DNA of 64,000 nt, taken from positions 5,287 through 69,286 of the forward strand of contig JBHORO010000002.1 of NCBI GenBank assembly GCA_042566005.1, in the 5' to 3' direction. The stretch is from Verrucomicrobiota bacterium. Lineage in GTDB: Bacteria > Verrucomicrobiota > Kiritimatiellia > Kiritimatiellales > JBHORO01. Under the pieces are notes generated by a model. The model saw only the letters and a list, made by a program, of their open reading frames with translations. It was not told where the DNA came from and did no database searches. Shown here piece by piece: positions 29,254 through 38,900 of the stretch (its first letter is position 1; each line of letters starts with the position of its first letter). Both the position numbers and the translations under genes were made by a program.

Positions 29254-31509
29254 TTAGTCGAACGTAATGCGTTTGCCGGCGGCTTTCAACGCCACATAGA
29301 AAATAATGCCGGTCAGCGTCAGAATGGCCAGCCACATAAGCGATTGGCCCGGGTGGGCCGCGAAGGTTGCGAGCTGGTAGAAGAGGGTGCTGACGACCCA
29401 GGCGATGCCGCACATGTAAAATGCGGAGAAGGTCATCCACTTCCAGTTAATCTCGCGCGCGATGGCCGCCAGGGTGGCGCCGCACGGAACGTAGAGCAGG
29501 ATGAAGATCAGGTAAGCCAGTACGGAGGGGGAGTCTTTGAAGTAGCGCTTGAAGGCCCAGCGCTGAGACTCGTCGGCAATGTCCTCTGCCTCGCCTTTGG
29601 CAAAAAGGGCCGCCAGTCCTTCCGGAATCACGGCGAAGGATTCTTTGATGCCGCTCCACAGTTCGCGGGGACCGTAGCTCGCGGAGGTGACTGCGTCCGG
29701 TTGCTCTTCGGCATCGACCTGTGTGTAGAGTGAGTCGAGTGTGGCGATAACCGCTTCCTTGGCGAAGACGCCGGATACCAGTCCGACCACGGCCGGCCAG
29801 TTTTCTTTGTCCATGCCCATCGGCTCAAAGATGGGGAGCATTTTGCGGCTGGCCTCACTGACGAGCGAGTTCTGCGGTTCGTCGCTGCTGATGCGACCGT
29901 CGACGGTTACAGACATGACGATCTGCAACAGGGCGACGATTACGACGATGGCTTTACCGGCGCGCCAAATGAAGTCTTTCAGACGGGTCCAGGTATCGTG
30001 CAGGATCACGCTGAAGGGCGGCATATGGTAGGGCGGCAACTCCATTACATAGCTGGAAACCTCGCCCGGAAATAGCGTGTTTTTGAAGAGCAGGCCCGAG
30101 AGAACCGCCACCAGTACCCCGATCAGGTACATGCCGAATACGACGTGGCTACGGTGTTGCGGGAAGAAGAGCACTGCAAACAGGGTGTAGACCGGCAGGC
30201 GGGCGCCGCAGGACATGAACGGGTTCAGCAGGATCGTCAGAATCTGGTCGCGTTTCCGTTCGAGGGTACGTGCCGCCAGAATGGCCGGAACATTACAGCC
30301 GAAGCCGACGAGCATCGGAATGAACGCTTTGCCCGGCAGGCCGATCGTGCGCAGCATACGATCCATTACAAAGGCCGCGCGCGACATGTAACCGGAGCCT
30401 TCCAGCAGGGACAGGCAGAGGAAGATGAAGAATACCGGCGGAATAAAGGTGGAGATCATCTGAATGCCGCTGCCTAGTCCGTCAGCGAGCAGCAGGGTCA
30501 GAAACTCGGGCGCATGCCAGTGTTCCAGCAGGGAGCGGAGCCCATCCACAAAAATGGCGCCGGTAAACCCGTCGAAGAAATCGATGAACGGGCCGCCGAC
30601 CTGAATCGTCAGCCAGAATACGAAATACATCACCAGCAGGAAAATCGGAATGCTGAGCTGGCGGCTGAGTACAATCCGGTCGACCAGATCCGACATGGTC
30701 TGACGGAACTCCGCGTTGCGTTTAACCACATCGCGGGCCAGGCCGTGAATGAAGCCGTAGCGTCCGTCGGCGATCACCAAGTCGGCGTCTTCACCTGTGT
30801 GTTTGTTGATGTGTTTGCACTCGTCGCGCACCTCTTCTTTGAGCGCGCCTTTGGTCAGCTGGATTGCGAGCTCGTCCTGTTCCAGCAGCTTGACCGCCAG
30901 CCAGCGTTTATCTACACCGGCGATGTGGGCGGCGCTGCTCGCCGCCTGCTCGAGGCGTTCAACGGATTCCTCGATTTCATGGTTATAGCTGACTTTGGTC
31001 TGAGGGATGTGGTGAGTATTCGCCACGTTCTCAACGGCCAGACGCAACTCCTCCATGCCTTCACCGCGGGCGGCACTGACGGGGATGACCGGGCAATCGA
31101 GATGTTTTGCCAGATGCTCAATTTCTATGTGGAGCTTGCGCCGTTCGGCCGCATCCATTTTGTTGAGCGCGACGACCATCGGCACTTTCATTTCCAGCAG
31201 CTGGGTGGTCAGGTAGAGGTTGCGCTCCAGATTGGTAGCATCGACGACGTTGATCACGACATCCGGCTTTTCATTCAGGATGTATTCGCGGGAGACGCGT
31301 TCATCGGCAGAGTAGACCGAAAAGGAATAGATGCCCGGCAGGTCGATCGCATCATAATGAACGTCGCGGAAGGTGTAATCCCCCTCCAGCCGCTCCACTG
31401 TTACGCCCGGCCAATTGCCTACTTTATGTTTGGACCCGGTGATGCGGTTAAACAGCGTAGTTTTTCCGCAGTTCGGGTTGCCCGTGAGTGCTACCGTTAA
31501 ATTTTTCAT
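29254..31509 (-). CDS. feoB: ferrous iron transporter FeoB
   Basis: N-terminal G-domain LTGNPNCGKTTLFN, NKMD; large polytopic C-terminal permease; 751 aa. Confidence 0.95.
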   Translation of the reverse strand: MKNLTVALTGNPNCGKTTLFNRITGSKHKVGNWPGVTVERLEGDYTFRDVHYDAIDLPGIYSFSVYSADERVSREYILNEKPDVVINVVDATNLERNLYLTTQLLEMKVPMVVALNKMDAAERRKLHIEIEHLAKHLDCPVIPVSAARGEGMEELRLAVENVANTHHIPQTKVSYNHEIEESVERLEQAASSAAHIAGVDKRWLAVKLLEQDELAIQLTKGALKEEVRDECKHINKHTGEDADLVIADGRYGFIHGLARDVVKRNAEFRQTMSDLVDRIVLSRQLSIPIFLLVMYFVFWLTIQVGGPFIDFFDGFTGAIFVDGLRSLLEHWHAPEFLTLLLADGLGSGIQMISTFIPPVFFIFLCLSLLEGSGYMSRAAFVMDRMLRTIGLPGKAFIPMLVGFGCNVPAILAARTLERKRDQILTILLNPFMSCGARLPVYTLFAVLFFPQHRSHVVFGMYLIGVLVAVLSGLLFKNTLFPGEVSSYVMELPPYHMPPFSVILHDTWTRLKDFIWRAGKAIVVIVALLQIVMSVTVDGRISSDEPQNSLVSEASRKMLPIFEPMGMDKENWPAVVGLVSGVFAKEAVIATLDSLYTQVDAEEQPDAVTSASYGPRELWSGIKESFAVIPEGLAALFAKGEAEDIADESQRWAFKRYFKDSPSVLAYLIFILLYVPCGATLAAIAREINWKWMTFSAFYMCGIAWVVSTLFYQLATFAAHPGQSLMWLAILTLTGIIFYVALKAAGKRITFD

Positions 31510-31687
31510 ATATCCCTCGTGTGTATAGCCTGATCTTTGTACGTGAGCCCCAGGCGGCTATCAAGATCTAATCTAAATAAAAATGGGACAAAATATCAGT
31601 TTCTGTTTTCCGGGCCGCAGCTGACGCGGTACATAAGGGGAATGCAGTTGAGGTTTTAACAGGTCTGTTGCTTATGGAGGTTTAATC

Positions 31688-32065
31688 ATGCCGCGTAAAA
31701 CTCTGCCCAAATGGGTGATCAATCTTTTTTTCTGTGTGGGCCTGTTCTCGGCGATCTGCATTCGGGCGTTGACTATTATTAATCACTATAGTCCGCGCTG
31801 GGCGAGCTATGCCTGGCGCACGGCGGTGATCGGCTATATCTTTTTCTTTGGCTATCGGTTCTATATAGCCAATAAGCGCCGTAAAACGGTGGTGGATTCC
31901 GGGCTCGTGGAAGAGGTGGAAAAATGCACCGGGCTACGGGGGGAAAGGCAGGCTGAGCTGTTGTATATCCTTAACTCGATCCGAAAATCAAAAGAGATCT
32001 ATAACTACGCATTTATATTCATTCTTAGCATTGTCGCCATCGGGATAGACTTTTGGCTCAATTAA
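31688..32065 (+). CDS. hypothetical membrane protein (125 aa)
   Basis: Three predicted hydrophobic helices; no recognisable family. Confidence 0.45.
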   Translation: MPRKTLPKWVINLFFCVGLFSAICIRALTIINHYSPRWASYAWRTAVIGYIFFFGYRFYIANKRRKTVVDSGLVEEVEKCTGLRGERQAELLYILNSIRKSKEIYNYAFIFILSIVAIGIDFWLN

Positions 32066-32155
32066 AATGCGATAAAAAACTATGACGCAACCCGCTGGAA
32101 AACAGGGGGTTGTGGTTTTTGAAAATCGGATGGTCGAAAAAAGATTTTCAATCGG

Positions 32156-32183
32156 TTGACAAACCCCGCGATTTGCGTACTAT
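32156..32183 (+). promoter_or_regulatory. candidate promoter of tRNA-Phe
   Basis: TTGACA (32156-32161), a 16-nt spacer, then TACTAT (32178-32183), about 20 nt upstream of the mature tRNA 5' end. Confidence 0.55.
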
Positions 32184-32203
32184 GTCGGCTCTTTCCACGA
32201 GGT

Positions 32204-32279
32204 GGCCAGATAGCTCAGTCGGTAGAGCAGGGGATTGAAAATCCCCGTGTCCCCGGTTCGATTCCGGGTCTGGCCACCA
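32204..32279 (+). tRNA. tRNA-Phe (anticodon GAA)
   Basis: Acceptor ggccaga/tctggcc; D-arm gctc-agtcggta-gagc; anticodon arm gggga-ttGAAaa-tcccc; T-arm cccgg-ttcgatt-ccggg; encoded CCA. Confidence 0.95.
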
Positions 32280-32472
32280 TTTTTTTTACCCTTTTCTTAT
32301 CCCTTCCCGGCGCGCTTTGGCTTGCGCTTTTTCTGTTAAAGAGCTTGCAAGTTTTGACTTTTATTGTCTCTCAAGCATTGATCTGTAGTGCTTGGCGGTT
32401 TATCATGCTCGCCAAGGAAGAGGGGTTGATGTGGTGGCGGGCAGTTGCCGGCTGAGCCTTTCTTGAGTCGGG

Positions 32473-35400
32473 GTGCTGATGAAATATTTATTCACCATTT
32501 TGGTGGGCTGTTTGGTTCTTTTTGTATCTTCCGTTTCCGGGGCGGAGTTGGTGGAGCTAACTGAGCAGGAGCGTGCTTGGGTTGAGGCTCATCCTGAGAT
32601 TCGGGTTGGGGTGGATGCCGATTTTCCCCCTTATGAATTTATAGATGAAAGCGGCCAGTATGCCGGGATCGCTTCCGATTACATAAGGTTGCTCGAAGAG
32701 CGGGTGGGGATAAAGTTCCGAGTTGAGGATGGCCGTTCGTGGGCTGGGGTTATGGAAGGGGCTCGGGCGAAAACTATTGATATTTTGCCTGCGATTAAAA
32801 AAACGCCGGATCGCTCCAAATACCTGAATTTCACAAAGCCGTACCAAAAGGCCACTTTCGTTATCGTGACGCGGGATGATGCTGCTTTGGCTCGCACTCT
32901 GGCTGATTTGACTAGCCGGACGGTGGCGCTGGTGAAGGATTATGCTATTTCGGAGGTGGTGCTTCAGCGTCAACCGGATCTTCGTGTGCATCCGGTTAAT
33001 ACGGTGGTGGAGGGGTTGCAGGCGGTTGCTACGGGTGATGCGGATGCTATGGTGGGTCATCACGGTACGCTTGCTTACCAGATCCGGCAGTATAGCATCC
33101 TTGGTTTAAAGGTAACTCCCTTGTCTGAAATGCCGATAACGGGCCTTGCGATGGGTGTGAGAGATGACTGGCCTGAATTAGTGGCAATTCTCGATAAGGC
33201 GTTGGCCTCTATAACGCCTGCGGAGCAACGGCAAATTCGGCAACGCTGGATCGGTATCGACGTTCCTGCGAGGGACTCTGGGGTTGTGTTGACGGAAGAA
33301 GAGCGCAATTGGTTGACGGAGCACCCTTTAATTCGTGTTGCCGCAGACCTGGGGTGGCCGCCGATCGAATTCATATCGAAGGATGGAGAGTTTTCGGGGA
33401 TTTCTGCAGATTACCTCAAAAAGCTGGAAGATCTCCTCGGGGTGAAGTTTGAGCCGGCTCGTGATGTCAGTTGGCCGGAGGCTGTGGCTAAGGTCAAAGA
33501 CCATGAGCTTGATATGTTTTCATCATTATGCCGGACGCCTGAGCGGGAAGAGCATTTCAAGTTTACTACTTCGTATATCTCGGTTCCGACGGTGATTTTC
33601 GCCGGCCCGAAGGTTTCTTATCTGGGGGGGCTTAAGGCGCTGCGGGGTAGGCGGGTTGCCGTTTGTGCTGGTTATGCAGAAGAGGAGTTTTTGCGGCTCC
33701 ATCATCCGGAAATTAAGCTGGTGCGCGTTGCTGATGCCGAGGAGGCATTGCGGTTGCTGGACCGGGAGGGGGTTTACGCCTATGTGGGGAATGTGCTTGT
33801 TGGAAGTTATTATCTGACAAAGCACAACTACACAAGCATCCGTGTGGTAGGGGAGACTCCTTATTCCTATGATCAGGCTTTTGTTGTACGAAACGACTGG
33901 CAGATACTGGTCGATATTTTGCAGAAGGCGCTGGATGCCATTCCTGAGGCGGAGCACGAGGCTATTCATCAGCGCTGGGTTTCTGTCCGCTATGAGTACG
34001 GTTTTAATTACGTCGTTTATTGGCGCGTCCTTGCCATATTTTTCGGGGTGCTGACCATTTTCCTTTGCTGGATTTTCAGTCTGAGGCGTGAAATCGAGCT
34101 TCGCAAGGTGGCCGAGTCCGAGATGCAGAAAGCAAAAGAGGCGGCCGAGGTTGCTAATAAGTCGAAGAGCGAATTCCTGGCTAACATGTCGCACGAGATT
34201 CGCACCCCCATGAATGTGATTGTCGGGATGGGGCATTTGATTGAAGAAACTGATTTGAGTCCCAAGCAGCTAAATTACATAGGGAAGATCAGAGCGGCTG
34301 CGCACTCCTTGTTGGGGGTTATTAACGACATTTTGGATTGCTCAAAAGCCGAGGCCGGCAAGCTTGAGATTGAGCAGGTGGAGTTTTCGCTGGATGAGAT
34401 TATTGATAACGCCATTGAGCTTAATGGGATGTTAGCATCCGGGAAGGGGGTGGAGCTGCTTGCCGATATAGATCGGGATATTCCGCAATGCGTTATTGGG
34501 GACCCTCTGAGGGTATCTCAGATTATTAACAACCTGATGAGTAATGCCGTTAAGTTTACCCAGCAAGGTGACGTGTTGCTTTCGGCGAAAGTGGTGGAGC
34601 GAAACGCGGATCAGGTAAGGATTGAGCTTTCCGTTCACGATACGGGCATCGGAATGGCGCCGGCTGTTAAGGGTAAGTTGTTTGAACCTTTTGTGCAGGC
34701 GGATGGAACCGTGACTCGCAGATTTGGAGGTACCGGGCTTGGGTTGACAATATGCCGGCAGTTGTCTGAGTTGATGGGGGGAGCGATAGGGGTTGAAACC
34801 GAACTCGGCAAGGGTAGCACCTTTAGTGTTCAGCTTCCGTTTGGTGTCGGCAGTGCTGAGGGTGCCGGTGGGTTTTATATTGATCCTGATTTGTTGGGCC
34901 GTCGCGTTTTGGTGGCGAATGATAATGCTGATGCCCGGCAGATTATTATGGGTATTTTGCAATCCATGAGTTTCGAGGTTGAGAGCGTTGAAACGGGCGA
35001 GGCGGCGCTGGAGCGATTGCGCGAAGCGGAGCGGGAGGGCTCTGGGTTTGATGTGATAATACTTGATTGGGTGATGCCGGGTATGGATGGCATCGAGGCT
35101 GGGAGACGTATCCTTGAGGAGAACCTTTCGGTTGCGCCCAAGCTGCTTATGGTTAGCGCATTTGGTCGGGAGGAGATTAGGTCGCAGGCGGAAGCCGCCG
35201 GGTTTGACGGCTTTTTGGAAAAGCCTGTGCGCCCGTCGATTCTGTTTGATGCGTTGATGTCTGCTTTTGGGCGGGGAACGATGTCATCCAGAAGAAGAGA
35301 GCGCGTTACAATTCCTCACCTTGCAGGTGTAAAGCTGCTGCTTGTGGAGGATAATGAGATCAATCAGGAGGTTTCGATCGGGTTGCTGAAAAAAACCGGC

Positions 35401-36093
35401 GCGGAGGTGGTCGTTGCCAGTGATGGCAGAGAGGCGCTGGAAAAGGTGCGGGAAGGCAACTTCGATTTAGTGTTAATGGATATTCAGATGCCGGTCATGG
35501 ACGGGCTCTCCGCCACGCGCGCGATTCGCAAGCTTCCTGTTGCTGGCGTGGCTGATTTGCCCATTATCGCCATGACGGCCCATGCCATGATCGGGGATCG
35601 GGAGAAAAGTCTTGAGGCGGGGATGAACGACCATTTGACGAAGCCTGTCAATCCGCGTGAGTTTTATCGGACATTGGCGGAGTGGCTACCTTTAGTGCAG
35701 GTAGGGGCGAGTTTGGAACGGGACCAGCGGCCAGTGATTGCGATCCCGCCTATCGCGGGGGTTGATATTGCGCTGGGGCTGGATTACCTGGATGGGGATG
35801 AAAGGCTTTTCTGTAAAACTCTTCGTAGATTCGCGGCCAGATATGCGGATGCAGAAGAGTATGTGCGTACTAAACTCCAGGATGGAGATAGGGAGGAGGC
35901 CATTCGGCGGGCTCATTCGGTAAAGGGTCTGGTCGCAACGCTTGGGGCAAGCGAGTTGCGGGCAGCGGCAGAGGAGCTGGAGATGAAGTTGCGCAGTGGC
36001 GAGGCGGATGTAGAGGAGTTTATCGCTCGTTTTGGGGAGCTTAATAAGCAGCTGTGCGCGTCGATTTCAGAGTTGTTGCCTGACGTCGACTAA
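32473..36093 (+). CDS. hybrid sensor histidine kinase: two periplasmic family-3 solute-binding domains, TM, HisKA, HATPase, two receiver domains, Hpt
   Basis: Signal/TM start; duplicated [14 protein letters not shown] / [17 protein letters not shown] modules; H-box [14 protein letters not shown]; G boxes DTGIGM and GGTGLGL. Two REC domains ([12 protein letters not shown]; [12 protein letters not shown]) and a C-terminal Hpt ([13 protein letters not shown]). Confidence 0.9.
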   Translation: MLMKYLFTILVGCLVLFVSSVSGAELVELTEQERAWVEAHPEIRVGVDADFPPYEFIDESGQYAGIASDYIRLLEERVGIKFRVEDGRSWAGVMEGARAKTIDILPAIKKTPDRSKYLNFTKPYQKATFVIVTRDDAALARTLADLTSRTVALVKDYAISEVVLQRQPDLRVHPVNTVVEGLQAVATGDADAMVGHHGTLAYQIRQYSILGLKVTPLSEMPITGLAMGVRDDWPELVAILDKALASITPAEQRQIRQRWIGIDVPARDSGVVLTEEERNWLTEHPLIRVAADLGWPPIEFISKDGEFSGISADYLKKLEDLLGVKFEPARDVSWPEAVAKVKDHELDMFSSLCRTPEREEHFKFTTSYISVPTVIFAGPKVSYLGGLKALRGRRVAVCAGYAEEEFLRLHHPEIKLVRVADAEEALRLLDREGVYAYVGNVLVGSYYLTKHNYTSIRVVGETPYSYDQAFVVRNDWQILVDILQKALDAIPEAEHEAIHQRWVSVRYEYGFNYVVYWRVLAIFFGVLTIFLCWIFSLRREIELRKVAESEMQKAKEAAEVANKSKSEFLANMSHEIRTPMNVIVGMGHLIEETDLSPKQLNYIGKIRAAAHSLLGVINDILDCSKAEAGKLEIEQVEFSLDEIIDNAIELNGMLASGKGVELLADIDRDIPQCVIGDPLRVSQIINNLMSNAVKFTQQGDVLLSAKVVERNADQVRIELSVHDTGIGMAPAVKGKLFEPFVQADGTVTRRFGGTGLGLTICRQLSELMGGAIGVETELGKGSTFSVQLPFGVGSAEGAGGFYIDPDLLGRRVLVANDNADARQIIMGILQSMSFEVESVETGEAALERLREAEREGSGFDVIILDWVMPGMDGIEAGRRILEENLSVAPKLLMVSAFGREEIRSQAEAAGFDGFLEKPVRPSILFDALMSAFGRGTMSSRRRERVTIPHLAGVKLLLVEDNEINQEVSIGLLKKTGAEVVVASDGREALEKVREGNFDLVLMDIQMPVMDGLSATRAIRKLPVAGVADLPIIAMTAHAMIGDREKSLEAGMNDHLTKPVNPREFYRTLAEWLPLVQVGASLERDQRPVIAIPPIAGVDIALGLDYLDGDERLFCKTLRRFAARYADAEEYVRTKLQDGDREEAIRRAHSVKGLVATLGASELRAAAEELEMKLRSGEADVEEFIARFGELNKQLCASISELLPDVD

Positions 36094-36216
36094 AGGCCTG
36101 CGGTCCTCGTTTCTTGAGGGTTGTGCGTGAGGATACGGTTAGTTGCAAATTTTTAAGCAGACAGGCTTGACCGTTAGGTGCGCATTAGCTACTTTATGCG
36201 CCTTCCTAATTGAGGA

Positions 36217-36290
36217 GCGGGTGTAGTTCAATGGTAGAACCCCAGCCTTCCAAGCTGGTCGCGTGGGTTCGATTCCCATCACCCGCTCCA
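36217..36290 (+). tRNA. tRNA-Gly (anticodon TCC)
   Basis: Acceptor gcgggtg/cacccgc; anticodon arm ccagc-ctTCCaa-gctgg; T-arm gtggg-ttcgatt-cccat; encoded CCA. Confidence 0.93.
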
Positions 36291-36402
36291 TTTTTTAGGA
36301 CGCTTTGCATAAGTGCTGAGGCAGGGTTTAAAATGACTCAAAAAAATGAGTAATTTCCTCTTGCAAAAAAATCAGCGATGATTATCTTATGCGTTCCTTT
36401 GC

Positions 36403-36479
36403 GGGGGTGTAGCTCAATTGGTTAGAGCGCCAGCCTGTCACGCTGGAGGTTGCGGGTTCGAGTCCCGTCATCCTCGCCA
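36403..36479 (+). tRNA. tRNA-Asp (anticodon GTC)
   Basis: Acceptor gggggtg/catcctc (two G-U pairs); D-arm gctc-aattggtta-gagc; anticodon arm ccagc-ctGTCac-gctgg; T-arm gcggg-ttcgagt-cccgt; encoded CCA. Confidence 0.9.
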
Positions 36480-36511
36480 CTTTTTTAAAGTGGACCGCAA
36501 AGCGGTAAATT

Positions 36512-36537
36512 AGAGCACGACAAGTGCTCTTTTTTTA
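36512..36537 (+). terminator. rho-independent terminator after the tRNA-Gly / tRNA-Asp pair
   Basis: agagcac-gacaa-gtgctct followed by a T7-8 run. Confidence 0.75.
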
Positions 36538-36627
36538 TGCCCGGACGTGGCGATTTTTAACGCAGATCCGGGTTTTTATGAAAGTGCCTTTTTTCTGCGT
36601 CCCTGTGCCTCTGCGTTAATTTTATAT

Positions 36628-37179
36628 CTATTTGATGATTTTGACTGCGGTTCCGTAGGCCAGCAGTTCTGCGGCGCTTCCGATGACGCTTGTGGTCATG
36701 TAGCGCACGTTGACGATTGCGTCGGCTCCCATTTCCGTGGCTTGCTCGATCATGCGTCGGGTGGCGGTTTCGCGCGCGCGATTCATCATTTGGGTGTATT
36801 CCTTCAGCTCTCCGCCCAGGATCAGCCGCACGAGGGCTGAGAGGTCTTTTCCGAGCCAGATGGCGAAGACGGTGTGTCCGCGAACCAGTCCGAGGCTGTC
36901 GATGATTTCACGGTTGGGAATGGTGCAGGTGTTCAGCAGCAGGATATCCGGGGTGGATTCGCCCGGTTCCGGTTCGGGCAGTCCGGCTTGGGACTGTTCT
37001 TTGGCGAGTGTCAGCAGAACGAGCAGCATGCCGCCTATCAGCAGGAATGCGGCGATGCGCAGCCACCACGGGGTGACGGGGTCTTCGACGGCAACCACGT
37101 ACCAAGGGATGCCGGCAAACAGGGATGTGAAGAATCCGATGACGAAGGCCAGCGAGCCGATTTGTTGAAGTGTTTTCAT
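36628..37179 (-). CDS. YbjQ/UPF0145 (DUF74) domain protein with a two-helix N-terminal membrane anchor
   Basis: The C-terminal 105 aa match the YbjQ pattern (IIDSLGLVRGHTV...GGELKEYTQMMNRARETATRRMIEQATEMGADAIVNVRY...AYGTAVKI); two hydrophobic helices at the N-terminus. Confidence 0.75.
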   Translation of the reverse strand: MKTLQQIGSLAFVIGFFTSLFAGIPWYVVAVEDPVTPWWLRIAAFLLIGGMLLVLLTLAKEQSQAGLPEPEPGESTPDILLLNTCTIPNREIIDSLGLVRGHTVFAIWLGKDLSALVRLILGGELKEYTQMMNRARETATRRMIEQATEMGADAIVNVRYMTTSVIGSAAELLAYGTAVKIIK

Positions 37180-37241
37180 AACCCCTCCTTTTGTTGTCCT
37201 TCTTCGACTCGAGCATCCTGTGTTTACTGAATTTGGGCAAT

Positions 37242-37277
37242 AAAAAAGGCACCGGGCGGAAAGCCGGGTGCCTTTTT
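37242..37277 (-). terminator. rho-independent terminator after the TPR gene (hairpin is symmetric, with A/T runs on both sides)
   Basis: aaaaaaggcaccgggc-ggaaa-gccgggtgccttttt. Confidence 0.75.
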
Positions 37278-37336
37278 GTTTTGGGTCTTGCGATTGGCGC
37301 AGATTGGCCGATTCGCAAGTTCAACGGTGCTTGTGC

Positions 37337-37885
37337 TTATTTTGCGTTGCCCTGTTTGGCGAGCAGTTTGCTTTTGTTGGACAGCGCCATCGGTGCGATG
37401 AAGGAGTCTTTATATTCGTCAGCAACTTTCTGGTATTCAGCTGCGGCTGCTTCCAGGTCGCCGAGTGCTTCGAGGCAGGCGGCCTGGCCGTAGGCGGCGA
37501 TGGCTGCCATGTCGTGCTTGCCGTGTTTTTTCAGGAACTTGTTGTAAGTTGCCTGGGCTGTTTCGTAGTCGCCTTTGTTGTAGGCGGAGCGGGCGAGTGC
37601 CAGCAGGGCGCCCGGGGCGGCGGAGGTGTTGGCGTGCTTGTCGACGATGACCTGCAGCTCTTCGCTGCTGTTGGCGGTCATCAACAGGTGGCCAGCCTCG
37701 GCGTTTTTCTGTGCGCGTTTCGTGTTCAGGAAGGTGGTTATGGCGAACACGGCGATCAGGGCGGTCGCTGTGTACCCGATCATGTTTCCGTGTTTTTTGA
37801 AGAAGTTGAGGACTTCTTTAACTTCGTGTGTTTCCAGTTCGTGCTGGGCTACCATCTCTTCGTGCGTTTTGTGTTCTTCGGTCAT
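37337..37885 (-). CDS. membrane-anchored tetratricopeptide-repeat protein (YfgM-like architecture)
   Basis: One N-terminal TM helix (IGYTATALIAVFAITTFL) followed by TPR-like helices (ALLALARSAYNKGDYETAQATYNKFL...). Confidence 0.55.
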   Translation of the reverse strand: MTEEHKTHEEMVAQHELETHEVKEVLNFFKKHGNMIGYTATALIAVFAITTFLNTKRAQKNAEAGHLLMTANSSEELQVIVDKHANTSAAPGALLALARSAYNKGDYETAQATYNKFLKKHGKHDMAAIAAYGQAACLEALGDLEAAAAEYQKVADEYKDSFIAPMALSNKSKLLAKQGNAK

Positions 37886-37938
37886 CTAAACTCCTTGGAT
37901 AAAAAGCTTCAGTAATGTGCGGTCTTGCGGGTCAAAAT

Positions 37939-38445
37939 TCAAGATTGGAATTCTTGAAGGATTTTTTCTGCAATTTCTGTCGGCTTAAGTCCGTCTGTCA
38001 TTACTTGAAAGGGGATGGACTCGTACAGCGGGCGGCGCTGCTCAAAAAGGGCGCGCACTTGTTTTTCTTTGTTGCCGGCCAGTAGCGGGCGTGCTGTGCA
38101 GGAGGCGACGCGGCGGATGATTTCCTCGGGCTTTCCCATCAGGCAGGCGACCAGTCCGGTGGTATCAAGCGCGGCGATGTTGTCGGGGTTGAGTACGATG
38201 CCGCCGCCGGTGGATATGATCAGTCCGGATGTCTGGGCCAGCTCTTTGGCGAGTGCGCCTTCCAGTTTGCGGAAGTGGGGCTCGCCGTCAGTGGCAAAGA
38301 TGTCATTGATGGTCCGGCCTTCGCGCTCTTCAATGATGGCGTCCATGTCCACAAATCGCATGCCGGTCTGCTTGGCGAGCAGTTTGCCGATGGTGGTTTT
38401 GCCGGTGGCCATAAAGCCGACGAGGATAATGTTTTTCTTTTCCAT
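37939..38445 (-). CDS. aroK: shikimate kinase
   Basis: MEKKNIILVGFMATGKTTIGKLLA P-loop; ISTGGG motif; 168 aa from the ATG at 38445 (the ORF-track start at 38463 is TTG). Confidence 0.9.
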   Translation of the reverse strand: MEKKNIILVGFMATGKTTIGKLLAKQTGMRFVDMDAIIEEREGRTINDIFATDGEPHFRKLEGALAKELAQTSGLIISTGGGIVLNPDNIAALDTTGLVACLMGKPEEIIRRVASCTARPLLAGNKEKQVRALFEQRRPLYESIPFQVMTDGLKPTEIAEKILQEFQS

Positions 38446-38588
38446 GTGATTTTTCTCACGCAACGGCGCGAGGATTGCAAAGTTAATGATGGGCTGAGTT
38501 TAGCGTCATTGTTGCTTTGCGTTCAATTTTATCAGCCCACAAAAAAACGCGGTCAAAAGACCGCGTTTGAAGCATTAACCGTTAGTGG

Positions 38589-38780
38589 TTAAGCGCTGAG
38601 TTTTGCCGGATGGCGCAACAACTGGCGAATTTCCATGTTGTTCAGTCTTTCAACTGCTGCAGCATCCATGCCCAGTTTTACCAGGCGCGCTTTCTGTGTA
38701 CGTACGCGGCGAGCTTTCTCGCGAGCACATTTAATCGGACGGCGCACTGGCTTCTTACGAAATTTTCTTCTAACACCCAT
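38589..38780 (-). CDS. hypothetical small, highly basic protein (63 aa)
   Basis: MGVRRKFRKKPVRRPIKCAREKARRVRTQKARLVKLG...; Arg/Lys-rich like a nucleic-acid-binding or ribosome-associated protein; family not recognised. Confidence 0.4.
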   Translation of the reverse strand: MGVRRKFRKKPVRRPIKCAREKARRVRTQKARLVKLGMDAAAVERLNNMEIRQLLRHPAKLSA

Positions 38781-38900
38781 TGTTCTTCTCCTGCCAATAA
38801 AATCATTTTTTCCAAAAGAGCGGGCTAAACTACCGAACCCGTTCCATCAACGCAACCCTTAAATTTCTCTTATTTTGCGTCGTTTGTGGGGGTTGCGGAT

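Noticed and set aside
29237-29440. Upstream extension of the FeoA-like ORF (28904-29440).
   Set aside because: The extension overlaps the 3' end of feoB in another frame and looks non-coding. The ATGATG at 29236 has a good SD and lies after the feoB stop.
32156-32455. 99-aa ORF spanning the tRNA-Phe gene.
   Set aside because: It reads straight through a canonical tRNA and its terminator-like T-run, so it is spurious.
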